From: Octopus vulgaris
Taxonomy: Eukaryota
NCBI GenBank assembly: GCA_951406725.2
Contig: OX597843.1
Coordinates: forward strand, 20,460,001-20,524,000
Direction of reading: 5' to 3'
DNA: 64,000 bases
This document shows, in pieces, positions 36,871-50,178 of this stretch. Position numbers and translations under genes: made by a program. The notes beneath the pieces are model-generated. The model searched no databases. It was not told the DNA's origin and saw only the letters and a program-made list of their open reading frames with translations. Numbering within the stretch: the stretch's first letter is position 1; each line of letters opens with the position of its first letter.

Positions 36871-38254
36871 GAATGTTTTAGAGAACCAGAACCAGATAAA
36901 GTCACGTGTTCTTGTTATCTTATTCCGATTGATAGGTTTATCCGAGTATATAAAGGGTTTTGAAAGTGCATACGGGTGTTGATATCGGCAGGCAGAAACA
37001 GGGTTAGTGTCAAGGGTCACCGAGTGGGGAGATTGTTTGTTAGATCATATACTACTTTAAAATTTGGGAGAGTAGTAGTACGATGGGTTATGCGTGATAT
37101 TTTTCGTTTCATCTGGAGGAAGGGTGTATCCTTGGTTCCGTGTTTAGTGATGGGAGGCTTGTCCCACATGGATATATTCGATCAAATTCGTATGATCGTC
37201 GCGTTGTAGAGCGCAATTATAATATTCAGCGTATTGTTCGAATATTTCCTTACTGGCGGACGGTGATGAAATCCGTTTTGATACGATATCTACGATAGAG
37301 TTTTGGACAACTGGCGTTGTGGTTGGAGGAAAAGTTGACGTAGTTGAGGTTCTCCTCAAGTTCATGACATGGGTAGAAAATTTGGCTTTGTAGATCTAGG
37401 GTGACATCTAGGAAATTAGAAGTTTTAAGGCTGCTACAAAAAGTGATGCAGAGGCCCACCTTTTTCAAAAGATATCTTAGTCTTTTTCTAATCTGTTCAA
37501 TTCGGCGGTTGCGAGAATCCCGAATGTCTCTATTGGCCCAGAATTACCCAGTTTTATCATATGTCGACGGGCGGCCAAGATGATATCAATATCGTCAGAT
37601 GGGAGGTTAGAGTGTATCATTGCAAACATGAGGACTTTGTTGAGAAGGATAGGGGATACACTAGAGTAATTTGGTCTATGTCGATCTGGATGAATTTAAA
37701 AGTATGTTTAGGGCTTTAGGAATTAAACCACTGGACGGCTTGAGTAATTTCAGTCCATAGGTGTAGTGTGTACGTTGGATGCAGTTGGGGGTATAATCCT
37801 GTCTGATGAAATCTTGCTAATCTTACCTATATCTGAACTGAAGGGGCAAATGAGGCGAACGGAAGGGTTCTCGGCAAATTTTATTTTATGTCTTCTACGT
37901 TAATATGAAGTGAGCGAGTTAAGGAACGTCCGGTCCTATCTTCTAATGCGCGTTTAAAAACGAGATCACGATTCTTGATGTAAATGTCTGTTAGAACGGA
38001 GACTGGTACAATACGGTATCATTTATGTAGTTATTTGTGTATTAGCTCTCGGTATTTATCTAGAGGAGTATTATAAAGTTGCCGGGTTTGACGGCTTGGA
38101 AGAGAATTTCAGAGTATTTTTGAAGACTCTTGAGGATATTATTGATTTTAGTTAGGTGGGGTTTGATTGTTATTTTTCTAGGTTGAAAATTGATGTTCTA
38201 AATCAGATTGGTAAGATGTTGCTCGAAATTATCTAGGTCACGCTTAGGAGGTGC
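36850..38254 (-). mobile_element. Second Nematis-type PLE family, RT region, decayed
   Basis: IEQIRKRLRYLLKKVGL..NFLDVTLDL..YVNFSSNH..VSKRISS.SASKEIFEQYAEYYNCAL. Confidence 0.8.
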
Positions 38255-38388
38255 CTTGTTTACCAACCACCTGTTTCCGGGTTCAGTCCCACTGCGTGCC
38301 ACCTCGTGCAAGTGTCTTCTACTATAGCCTCGGGCCGAGCAAAGCCTTGTGAGTGGATTTGGTAGACGGAAACTGAAAGAAGCCCTTC

Positions 38389-38434
<46 letters not shown>

Positions 38435-38661
38435 CGTTTGTGTTTGTGTGTCTGTGTTTGTCCCCCTAGCATTGCTTGACAACCGATGCTGGTGTTTTTA
38501 TGTCCCCGTAACCTAGCGGTTCGGCAAAAGAAACCGTTAGAATAAGTACTGGGCTTACAAAAGAATAAGTCCCGGGGTCGAGTTGCTCGATCAAAGGCGG
38601 TGCTCCAGCATGGCCGCAGTCAAATGACTGAAACAAGTAAAAGAGTAAAAGAGAAAAGAGT
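38255..38661 (+). mobile_element. SINE body with internal (TA)n/(TG)n and (TAAAAGAG)n tail
   Basis: B-box-like gggttcagtccc; 3' end ggcggtgctccagcatggccgcagtcaaatgactgaaacaagtaaaagag, also at 54728-54848. Confidence 0.88.
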
Positions 38662-38664
38662 ATA

Positions 38665-41600
38665 ACAAAAGAGGCGTTGTATTTCCATGCAGAAAAGTAT
38701 ATAAGAAAATTTTTTGTTGAAAATGCCCCTAAATTTGAAAAACATGTAATTGTTTTTAAATAAATATATTTATATAAAATGGCGGCGCCCCAGCATGGCC
38801 ACAGCTCGTGAGCTGAAACTAGATAATATAAAATAAAACAAATAAAAACAATATACCTACCAAACTAGTTTCAACAATATTTTTTGTTTATCAATGGTAA
38901 AAATTTAAAATTATGAATTAGAAAAACATGTTTTTATGTTTATAAGTTTCGGTGAAATGAAGTATGATTTTAAATGTTCATAAATTTCAATAATATATAA
39001 AAAATGTGGATCATTTTGCTGAAATGCACAACATTCAATAGTGTTAGTAGTGATCGATAAGAAATGTGGGTATCAAAGTTTCGGCCATACTGAGTTAAGA
39101 GTGAGAAAAACAAGGGAGAAATGAAGATAGTGAAAAAAGGGTTTTTGTTTACAGTTTCTGTGATTCTCTTACCGACGTGTACAGGTCTTTTGCTTGTGAA
39201 GGCGTTTTACAGAATCCGGTGTATTTACGATTTTTTCCGTGAACGGATCTGATATTTGTTGATGTCTTATTTTTCTGGTGGTCAAGATTTTCATTCTGCC
39301 TGGTTGGCTTACCTGTGGGGAACGGTCATCAGCCATTCCAGTTGGTTGATTCTCTTAAAAGGGTAATTTTGTTGTATTTGCTGAAGTTCGATTTTGATTG
39401 TAAGTCAAATTTCATTGTTCTAGAGTTAGGTGACGTCAGCAACTGGTATGTGTATGGTGATATTGTATGGCGATTCGGATTTGCGATTTCGAAACCCGCG
39501 TGGAAAACTGTTACTAAAGCGTTTTGAATATCTGTTGTCGTATCTCGTTTTTTTTTTCTTTGTGGAGAAATTGTGTCTCTTTCATTTTTCGCTTTCGTGT
39601 TTAAACATAGGTGAATAAGAGGGAATGAATTAAACGATATTCTTTATTCCATAATACTACAATTGTTACTACATGATTTCACAACCATTGTACATGGTTC
39701 AGATGATGTAATTAATAAATTTTGTAATGCTTACCATCTATCAGAGGTGTAAAATATGCTTTTCAGGTGAGTATTTCAATAAGTCCTACGTTCCACCTTT
39801 AAGGAATTGTAGTGATGACACACGATGTAAATTATATCATCTCATCAAGAACTACGGATGTGATGTGTAGACACAATTGCATTGATATAGAATAAAGAAA
39901 TTCGCTGAAACCATTCTCTTATTCTTCATTAGGTATATATGTATATATGCAAGTATGTATGTATGTATGTACCAATCCTCTCTTTTTACTTGTGTTGTGT
40001 GGACGCCCCCAGACGATGAGGTAGGCTAGCTCAATACGTAGATATAGAGGGAGAAGTCTAGACGTCGAAGTAGAGTCGAGTTGAGTAGAGAATTGTGTAG
40101 TTGATAGGTGTTGTTTTTGAGGTCGAGTTGTTGAAGTTGAGTTGTATTTGTGAGTGGAACGTGAATTTATTGTTGGTTGTTGCTGTTGTTGATACCGTTG
40201 TTAATATCGTTAAAGTTTTGTTGAGTTGATTTTTCCCATTGAGGAAAATGGAGAAGGCGCCAGCGGGGGCTACTGGAGGAGAAGCGGGGAGAGAAGCATT
40301 GGAGACTTTTAAAGTAGAGGTCGAGGCCAGGAGGATGAAGGCTGGCGAGAGGCTGCTGAGTGGGGAAGGCGAGATGAAATTGACACCACCCGGGGAGCTG
40401 GTGAACAGCGTTATGAGGAAGACAGTGACATACAGGACTGTGAGGGTCGCTACAGGAAGGATCGAGATGGCGACTGTGGTGGGGATCGAGAGGATGTTGG
40501 AAGGCATGAAAGGATGATAACCTTCGGAACAGGATGCAGGGAGTATGCAACTGTGAATGTGAGTTTCACATCGGAGGAGGAAGCGATGAGGCATGCTACG
40601 GAGGCGGTCCGCTCAGAAGAATGGATTCTTCTGGCATCCTGTTGCGGCGGACGTGTGGTGAGGGTTTGGGTGAGCCAGATGCCCCCTGAGCTGGAGGAGG
40701 CATGGCTGATGACGGCCATTGTGTACAACATGGAGGACGAGGCTGGAATATTGAGGGCCACCAGAGCAAACAAGCTGCTGGGGCTGTGGGTTGGAACTAA
40801 CAATCCAGGCTAAAGTGGAGGACTTGAACGGAATGGCAGAGGAAATAGTGTTGCACTGGGAGTGAAGGTGGAAGGCAGGCCGCTTGTGTGTTTCGAGTGT
40901 GGCGAGGAGGGACACATGAAGGCGAGATACCCACGGAGGGAGCAGAGAGAAACTGAAGAGGGTGTCGAGCAGGCATTGACAGTAGAGAATAATGAGAAAA
41001 CAGCCGAAGAAGAATTCACGTTAGTGGAAAGAAAAAGGAGGAGCGGTAGGGTAAGCCCGCCACAGACTAACCAGAAAAAGAAGAAAGAAGAGGTGGGAAA
41101 GAAAGAGATAACGAGAAAGAAAGATGATAAAAGTGAGGCGGAAAAGGAAAGTGAAAAAATAATTAAGGTGTGTGACAATGAGTCAGAGAAGGAGGAAGCA
41201 AGTATGAAGATGAGAGGTGAATTGACGGAAGATTCAGGAACTCAACTACAAGAGAGTGAGATAGAGAAACTGAAGACAGAGAAAGAGAAGGTCTCAGACT
41301 CAGAGAAGTGTATAGAGGAACCTGTAATAAGAAAAGTAGTAAAAGAAGAAAGGAGAAGACCGAAAGGGGGTAAGAACAAATGGAATTTTGTGACGTATTC
41401 TAAGAACAAGGAAGTGGAGAAACAAATCGTAAAGTTCATAAGGGTAAAGTTGTCCAACAACGTGTACCAAGAGAGTGTGAAGGTCATTGTGGTCGATACG
41501 GAAACCTATAAGAAACTTAGAGATATGTGCGGGGATTGAATTGACCCGGCCAGAGCGTTGATGGAGTTCAACGTGCTGCCCCCAGAAATTGATCTGTTAG

Positions 41601-43150
41601 AACTGGAGCCGTATATGTGACGTTAACGGTGAAAAAAAGGAAAAAAAGAAAGGAAAACGTTTCATATTTGTGTTTTATTTCGCAAGTCGACTTTTCCGAA
41701 GGAAATGAAGTTATAACTCAGGTAGTATAAGTTACTTTTATTAAACGTAACTCGGCCGGGAACTTTATGATACCACTTTGTATATATACGACAAGTTTCT
41801 AAGTTACCCTGTAACCAATTAACTAACATACACGGGTTTGTTCGGTTGAAGACCAGAGTACACGCAGAGGGACAGAATACAGAAACAAAACTGCTATCAC
41901 ACAGCCATACCAACGTCTAAGCTTATACTCACACATACACACACACATACTCACACATGAGGGAAATGGAAAATTGATTTTACAAGATTCGTCAATCACT
42001 ACGGCCGTTTCAGCCCGTCTTCAATCGGCCACTCACGGATGAGATAATGGTCCATTGTCCGCGGTGCATCTTTCTGTGCAGATGTTTTTCGTCAGTTGAC
42101 GTTTCAAAAAGCACCTCGCTCAATAAACTCGGTTTCACTCGGTTCGATTATAATGTATTTCGTTATGTTAAGAAGAACAACAACAATAACACCAACAACA
42201 ACAATAACAACAAAATCAGTAACAACGAGGAAGTCGATGATGAAGAAAAGATAGTAGCAAGAAAACAGACAAGATGGACAAGCAAAACAATTTGACAATT
42301 GCGAATGAGGATAGAAATGACAATAAAAATATATCAACGTAAGTAATATCATTACACATACACATAAACGTACGAGGGACACACCAAACATTGTTTTATA
42401 TTGTGGACGACTGACTACTCTAACATCCTTCCTAAAGAAATTGAAACGGCATAAGCAGCCATCACAATGGACAGTTTGACCAAATTGCCCCAGCTGTAGC
42501 TCACTGTACAAATAGAAAATGACGACTACCAACTTCAGCACGTCATGTAATTGTAGAGTTTAAAATAACTCATATCAATGAAGCAGCATCTCAAAAAAGT
42601 GAGAATGAATATATTTCTATACGTTCTTATCTTTTCTTGAAGTGTATATAGATTTTTCAAGCGAATTCTGCATAAATATGTATTTCATAATATACCCACC
42701 TGTAGACACGAATACAAACATACATATTCTCATTCAATCGTACGCTCATACACAAAATATTAGATATCGATGCTGACGCATACAGACACCAACAATTGCA
42801 TAGACTTTCATACACACTCCAACATGAATATGGTAGCGGAATATGCGTTAGAGATACAGAGAGAAAAAGAAAGATGAGAAGACATTAAGTTCCTAGAAAA
42901 ATTTCGTAAATAAAATAATATCAAAAAAACTTAAGCAACTTACATTTTCTGTAAACTTGGAAGATTTTGAAAGACACCTTGTGGGATGGTTGTGATCTGA
43001 TTGCCATAGAAATTTCTGAAACATAAAACACGGGTCAAAAGAAAAAGTATTAAAAAGATTTCTGATAAAATATTAAATCTTGTATCTTTAGAATCATATT
43101 AAGAAAAAAAGGACGATAAAGGAGAAAATGGCCGAGATGATGTTTATGTT
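38665..43150 (+). repeat. Older third copy of the duplicated core
   Basis: 38665-39990 aligns to 6055-7640 (without the SINE); ~41720-43150 aligns to ~9540-11115. Confidence 0.88.
39990..41658 (+). mobile_element. Gag/ORF1-like (CCHC) retroelement with no ORF2
   Basis: ATG near 40248; YATVNVSFTSEEEA..WILLASCCGGRVVRVWVSQMPPE; VEGRPLVCFECGEEGHMKAR; K/E-rich tail; A-rich end 41632-41658. Confidence 0.7.
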
Positions 43151-43189
43151 GATGATGAAGGGGAGGATGATGGCGATATAATGCTTAGC

Positions 43190-44750
43190 GTAGATGATCA
43201 TAAACCATTTCAGATTACAAGAAATTGATTTATGTTGAAGTTTATGGATTAGTCGAGATAAATAGGTAGTGTCAGACAATGCTTTGTCTTAAAGGGTCAG
43301 TGTTAGTAAGGAAGTTGAAGTGTGTTCTATTTTTGTGGATATGAGGCTGGGGGTTCGGGTGAGTTATGTTATTATGATAAAGGTTACTAATTGTATGTTT
43401 CAAAGTTCCTTATATGTTAAGATTTCGGATTGGTCCAACAATTTCAGTGGTGGTGGAGTAGGAAATTGTTATAGATTGCGGGTTAAATATTTTGGTATAG
43501 GGGCTGGACATAGGGAGATGCTTCTCGTGTATGGTGAAGAAGAGCATGGGTACAAGGGGTCGGGTATTAAGAGGGAAGGGTGTATTCTTGGTTCCGAGGT
43601 TAGTTGAGGGAGGCTTGTTCCACATAGGGGTATATTTGATCGAATTCGTATGACCGGAGCGTTGTAAGGCGCAATTATAATATTCAGCGTATTGTTCGAA
43701 TATTTCCGTACCGGCGGGCAGTGATGAAATCCGTTTTGATACGATATCTACGATAGAGTTTAGGACAACTGGCGTTGTGTTTGGAGGAAAAGTTGACGTA
43801 GTGGAGGTTCCCCTTAAGTTTATGGCATGGGTAGAAAATTTGACTTTGTAGATCTAGGGTGACATCTAGGAAATTAGAAGTTTTAAGGCTGTTACAAAAT
43901 GTGATGCAGAGGCCCACCTTTTTCAAAATATATCTTAGCCTTTTTCTAATCTGTTCAATTCGGCGGTTGCGAGAACCCCGAATGTCTCTATTGGCCCAGA
44001 AGTACCCAGTTTTATCATATGATTATATCAATATCGTCACAAGTGAGGTTAGAGTGTATCATTGCAAACATGAGGACTTTGTTGAGAAGGATAAGGGATA
44101 CACTAGAGTGATTTGGTCTATGTCGATCTGGATGAATTTAAAAGCATGTTTAGGGCTTTAGGAATTAAACCACTGGACGGCTTGAGTAATTTCAGGCCAT
44201 AGGTGTAGTGTGTACGTTGGATGCAGTTGGGGGTATAATCCTGTCTGATAAAATCTTGTGATCTTACTTGTATCTGAAATGGAGAAGCAAATAAGGCGAA
44301 CGGAATGGTCCTTGCCAAATTTTATTTTCTAGTCTTCTACGTTAATATCGAATGTGCGAGTTAAGGAAGGTTCAGTCCTATCTTCTAATCCGAGTTCGAA
44401 AACGAGATCACGGTTCTTGATGATGATGTCTTTTCGAGTGGAACCGGTACAATATGGTAGCCTTTACGTAGTTGCTTGAGTATTAGCTCACGGTATTTAT
44501 CTAGAGGAACGTTATAAAGGTTGCTGGTCTTGACGGTTTGAAGAGAATTTCAGAGTATTTTTGAAGACTCGCGATGATAATATAAGTTTTAGTTAGGTGG
44601 GGTTTGATTGTTATTTTTCTGGGTTTCAATGTGATGTCTTTAACGAGATTGGTAAGATCTTGGTCGAAATTATCTGGTTACGCTTACGAAGTGCATATAT
44701 AACGTTTCTCTCTTAGTCTGCGAATTATCTTACATTCAACAACATATAAT
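43190..44750 (-). mobile_element. Nematis-type PLE, close relative of 36850-38254
   Basis: High similarity over ~43590-44695; adds KIFNPQSITISYSTT. Confidence 0.82.
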
Positions 44751-44844
44751 ACTTATGTATATATTGGTATATTGTGCGTATATGTATGTATGCATATACA
44801 TATGTTCGTTACCAATATGTATGCAGAATAATATTGACATAACT

Positions 44845-44985
44845 GGTGATAAGTCCATTCAGATTAGCGTAAGATATGGGCGCCACGGGACACCGCTGAC
44901 GGTGGGAGGGACCTTCTTGTCTCATTGGTTAGCTACTGCCTACCTGAAGCAGGGCAGCCCCCAGTTAATAAGTTGCTGACCCACC
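44845..44985 (+). ncRNA. Candidate decayed HDV-like ribozyme in the RTE 5' UTR
   Basis: P1 GGTGA/TCATT, P2 GGTGGG/CCCACC, P3 GAC-CTTCTT-GTC, GG, P4 TTAGCT..AGTTAA. J4/2 reads ATAAG, without the catalytic C. Confidence 0.4.
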
Positions 44986-47430
44986 ACAGGCCGCCTGCTT
45001 CATTGGGTGCTTGGAGCTAAGAGTTTGACTTGAAAAAACGGCCTGCAACATCTGCACCAGGCAAACAACTAAAAGACAAGAAACCACCAGTCCTGCGGTT
45101 AGAAAACTGGGATGTCAGGACCATGTGCCCTGGAATATCTGATGATCTACTCAGGGTTGAAGACACAAGAAAGACGGCCATCATTGACCGTGAACTAGAG
45201 AGGCTTAACATAGACATTGCTGGGCTGCAGGAGCCAAGACTCCCCTCAAACGGGAAAGTCAAAGAACAGGATTTCACCTTCTTTTGGCAGGGAAGCGATC
45301 TAGAAGAACCTCGTCAGCATGGCGTTGGCTTTGCAGTGAGAAACTCATTACTCTCCTCAATAGAACCACCATCAGGAGACACTGAGCGTATCCTCTCACT
45401 GCGCCTCTCGACTTCTTCTGTTTCAGTATATCTACTGAGCATCTATGCTCCCACTCTCTACAGCCCAGAGGAGACCAAGGACCAGTTCTACAAAGATCTC
45501 AACTGTGTCATTAAAAATATACCAACAAATGAAAACATCTACCTTCTAGGAGATTCGTGGCCCATTTGTGTTGGATACACTGATATTGGCAACATGAATG
45601 ACAATGGTGAGAGACTACTTGAATTTTGCCCATACCATAACCTGGGCGTCACCAGCACATACTTTACCAACAAGCCATCACACAAGGCATCTTGGAGACG
45701 TCCAAGATCTCACCACAGGCATCAGATGGATCTCATCATTACACGAAGATCCTTTCTGAATTCTGTTTAACTAACCCGTAGTTACCACACAGATCACTCA
45801 CTAATTAGAAGCAGGGTGAGGATCCTGCCTAGAAAAGTCCATCACTCCAAGAAAAAGGGCCGATCACGCATTAACACTGCCAGAAGCTCGGATCCTACAC
45901 AGCGAAAATGTTTTGCTGTTTCTATCAAGGTGCCCTCAGTAGTTGCCCAACCCCCTTTGCTGAAATTAGGTGGAATTATATCAGGGAAGCTTTGTATACC
46001 TCATCAATAGATACTTTCGGCATGAGAGAAAGGCAACACCCAGATTGGTTCAGTGATGGGCTCTTAGAGCTGGAACCAGTTATCGAAGCAAAGCATGCAG
46101 CTCTGATACAATACAAGAGTGATTCTTCTACAAAATCACTCGAAGAACTCAGAAAGGCAAAAAATATAACCCAAATGACAGCCAGATGCTGTGCAAATAG
46201 GTATTGGCAGGAAATCTGTCAGAGTATCCAGTCAGCTGCTGAGAGTGGCGATACCCGTGGGATGTATGCCGGTTTAAAGAAGGCCCTCGGTCCATCCGCA
46301 ACCAAGTCAGCCCCTCTGAAATCAACTACTGGAGATCTCATTAGGGATCAAGGCAAGCAAATGTATAGATGGGTGGAGCACTACCAGGATCTCTATTCAC
46401 GGGAGACTATAGTGGCTGAGGCTGCAGTCGAGAGTGTCAAGATCTTGCCAGTTATGTGCGAACTTGACGGTGGGCCATCTATAGCAGAGCTCACCAAGGC
46501 TGTTGACTCCCTAGCAAGAAATAAGGCTCCGGGAAAAGACGGCATCCCCTCAGAGGTCATCAAAGCCGGCAAAAACACCATCCTGCTTCGGCACCATCAT
46601 GAGCTTCTGTGTCAGTGCTGGGAGGAGGGTACAGTCCCTCAGGATATGCGGGATGCTAACATCATCACGATTTACAAAAACAAAGGTGACCGTGGTGATT
46701 GTAACAATTACCGTGGAATATCCCTTCTACGCACTGTTGGAAAGACCTTTGCCCGCGTTACCCTGGCCAGGCTACAACTACTTGCTTCTCGAATCTATCC
46801 GGAATCGCAGTGTGGCTTTTGAAGAAACAGAACAACTAGCAATATGATATTCTCCATACGCCAACTTCTGGAGAAGTCCAGAGAGCAGAAAATGCCATTA
46901 CATATGGCCTTCGTTTGTAAGTAGAAAAGGCCTCTTCATCCTGCTCCAAAAAATCGGATGTCCACCAAAGCTGCTGAGGATCATCAAATCTTTCCATGAT
47001 GATATGCAAGGCACCATACAGCACAATGGTTCAACATCAGCCGCCTTCCAAATAAAAAACGGAGTAAAGCAAGGTTGTGTCCTTGCTCCTACATTATTTG
47101 GCATCTTCTTCTCGCTCTTACTTTCACATGCCTTTCAGACATCAGATGCTATTTGCTGATAATGCTGCTCTGGTATCACACACAAAAGAAGCCATACAAA
47201 GGCTCATCAACTGTTTTGAGCAGGCATGTAACGACTTTGGCTTAGCTATCAGCCTCAAGAAGACCAACATCATAGGTCCGGCTACACCGGACATCCCAAA
47301 CATACATATTGGAGACCACAGATTACAGGAGGTTGAGACGTTTACCTATCTTGGCTCTACCGTCACCTACAACCTATCCCTTGACGCTGAGCTCAATATA
47401 CGCATTGGCGAGGCAGCTGTGGTGAAGGCT
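44845..47430 (+). mobile_element. RTE LINE: 5' UTR, APE endonuclease and RT, 3'-truncated
   Basis: ENWDVRTM, DIAGLQE.RL, HGVGFAV, SIYAPT, KAPGKDGIP, KNKGDRGDCNNYRGISLL, ESQCGF. 46701 onward matches window position 1 onward. Confidence 0.93.
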
Positions 47431-47679
47431 CAAGATATACAACGGACTGGAAATAGAGGTGCTCTAATGAGCTGTATACACTTTTTGTTTATATCCGAGG
47501 GGAGGCAATGCGAGCAACAACTACAGGAACATCGCAAAATCCACAGAAACACCAAATACATACAAATCTTCATATACTTATTTATATCTTTAAAACCCGA
47601 CATTTAAAAAAAGTTAAATGTAGTAATATATAAATATATCACATAAAAATATAAATTTTGCTTATAACACCTTGAATCT

Positions 47680-49985
47680 AGGGAGGGGCAACGGCTTGAA
47701 ATAGGCATTGCAGCCGGATGCACGATATCAGTCATCTTATTTGTGTTAGTCATTGGAAATGCTACTCAGATCTACAAACTGTGAGAAAGCTGTTACTAAG
47801 ACACCATTAAGGGCTTTTATGGACGACGTAACTATATTATCAGAAAGTAGAGAAGCAGCAGAGGAAACGTTAGAGCGGTTGGACGAACTGATAGGATGGG
47901 CATGGATGAAATTCAAAGCCAAAGAATCTCGAAGCGTGGCTTTCGTGAAAGGAAGGCAAGAAGTGAAATTCAGGATAGGAGGTGAAGACATACCAACGGC
48001 GAAAGAACAACAGGTAAAGAGTCTCGGCAGATGATCTATAAAGATTTATTAAATGATAAGAAGCAAGGAAAAGAAACAACGAGTTAGTAGAACAAGGATT
48101 AAAGGCAATTGACAGAACAACGCTGTCGGGAAAATTCAAATTTTGGATACTGCAATTTGGGCTGTACCCAAGAATAATGTGGCCATTACAAATGTACGAA
48201 ATAGCCTCGAGTAGAATAGAAAGGATGGAGCAAAAATGCAGTGTGTTTATCAGAAAATGGCTTGGTCTGCCGAAACCACTGAATACAACTGCACTATATG
48301 GAAAAGCCGAGCTGCAACTACCAATAACATCAATCGCCGAAGAATATAAGGCAGGAAAGGCAAGGACAGTAATGATGCTAAGGTATTCAAAAGATCAGAG
48401 TATCCGGGAAAACCCTTCAAAGGTACGATCAGGGAGGAAATGGAAGGCGGAAGAGGCAGTAAACAGGGTTATCGGAAAACTAAAGCACGCAGATATAGTC
48501 GGAGCGACGCAAGAAGCTACAACCAGCCTAGGGTCACAAAATTTCAGGCCATTTTGCAAGAGCAGTGTAAAAGAGATGAAAGAGGCAGTGGTATACGAAG
48601 TGAGAAAGGAGGAAGAAGAAAGGCGAAATGTACATTTTGTGCGATGCAGTTAAAATGGACAGTGCCTGAGATGGGAGGAATATGTGATCAACCGCAGAAT
48701 ATCATGGAAGGAACTTTGGGCTTGGGAACAAGCAAGAACATCTTTCCTGATCAAGTCTACCTTCGACGTTCTACCTTTACCGGCGAATTTAGCCCGGTGG
48801 AACATAAACAAAATTGATGAGTGTAGATGCGGAGAGAAAGCGACGGTTAGACATGTTATGTCAAGTTGCAGACTAGCACTTGAAAGAGATACTTGGCGGC
48901 ATAATCAAGTCCTCAGCGTCATAAGCGCAGCACTCAAGGATAAGATCGAGAGGTACAATAGGGGAGAGTACCCAAAAGTAGAAAAGCGCAGGAAGTATAC
49001 TTCCACAAGGAGGGAAAAGGTTATAAAACCAGGCCTACAAGTAAAGTATACAAGATAGACGAAGGATGGAAGGGATACTTGGAGGTGGCCACGGACTTGG
49101 AAAGACAAGTAGTATTTCCACTAATAAAAACAACACAAAGACCGGACTTAGTTCTATGGAACAGAGACCAGGGAATGGGAATTTTACTAGAATTGACAGT
49201 GCCTTGGGAAGAGAACATCGGCAATGAAACTAAAGGAGAAGAGATACGAAAAGTTAATCGAAGAATGCAGAGAACAGGGATTGAATGTCGAATATTATCA
49301 CCTGGCAGTGGGGGCTAGAGGCTTCATTGAAAAGAAAATGACAACGCTTTTCAAAAGAAGATTTGTTTTTTTCTAGCCCCGAGCTGCGTAAACTAATAAG
49401 GAGAGTACAGGAGGCGGTCGAAAAAGCCAGCTTCTATATATGGCTGAAGCGGAAAGACTGAAAATGGCTTGAAAGTCATAAACACGCCGACGGGAAGTAA
49501 CATCATTAGGTGAGACTGGCTGACTGAATCAGCTTCGCTGACTGACAGGTGATGGTCGTTTAGAAGAAGCGCGGGCTAAAACTACACACCTTCTCTAGTC
49601 AGTTAAGGTGAGACAGTGCCACGTGACAAGTAGCTGGGGCTATGTGGCAGGTATTTAAAGAGAGAAATTTGACAAGACAGTCAGTCACCAGGCTGACACT
49701 CGCTGACGATACATCGAAGAGGCCAGGGAAAGAAGAAAGAAGAAGAACGAAGACATGTACCCAACACCAGAACTGAAGACACCTCCAAAAGGAGGGGTCC
49801 CGCCACGTCAAAACTGTAGAGGAGTAGGGGCCGAAACAAGACGTGGTTCCTCCAGACTATGTCTTGAGTTAACTGGATCCTATAAAGGAGCTGTTGGTGT
49901 AGCAGACCACGAAACACGGTTGTAATTCCTAAGTATAAATTTGTTACAATAAGAGAAATAAATAGAATAATAATAAATAAAAATA
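47680..49985 (+). mobile_element. Hero-like non-LTR retrotransposon (RT, CCHC, restriction-like endonuclease), 5'-truncated
   Basis: GIAAGCTISVILF, AFMDDVT, CRCGEKATVRHVMSSC, WRHNQVL, RPDLVLW, LELTVPWEE; (AATA)-rich end. The 3' boundary is uncertain. Confidence 0.85.
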
Positions 49986-50096
49986 AAGCATACAATGGCA
50001 AATTAAAAGACGAATTAAAATTCTAGCGAAATGTACATAGAAGATAATAATTATACAATTTACAAAAATATAAGTTTACAAAGATACACAGAAGTC

Positions 50097-50178
50097 CCTC
50101 TACGGGCCGTTTCGGAGACGCGCCAATTAATATTAGTCAATTCATATACTAAAAATTGGCACTCCCCTCATCAGGATG
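50097..50178 (-). ncRNA. Type I hammerhead ribozyme with long stem II in the Nematis pLTR
   Basis: tc-CTGATGA-GGGGAGTGCCAATT..AATTGGCGCGTCTCC-GAAA-CGGCCCG-TA-ga. Confidence 0.75.

Noticed and set aside
40005-40045. CGATGAG..CTC-AATACGTA resembling a hammerhead
   Set aside because: Both conserved boxes are broken; likely chance.
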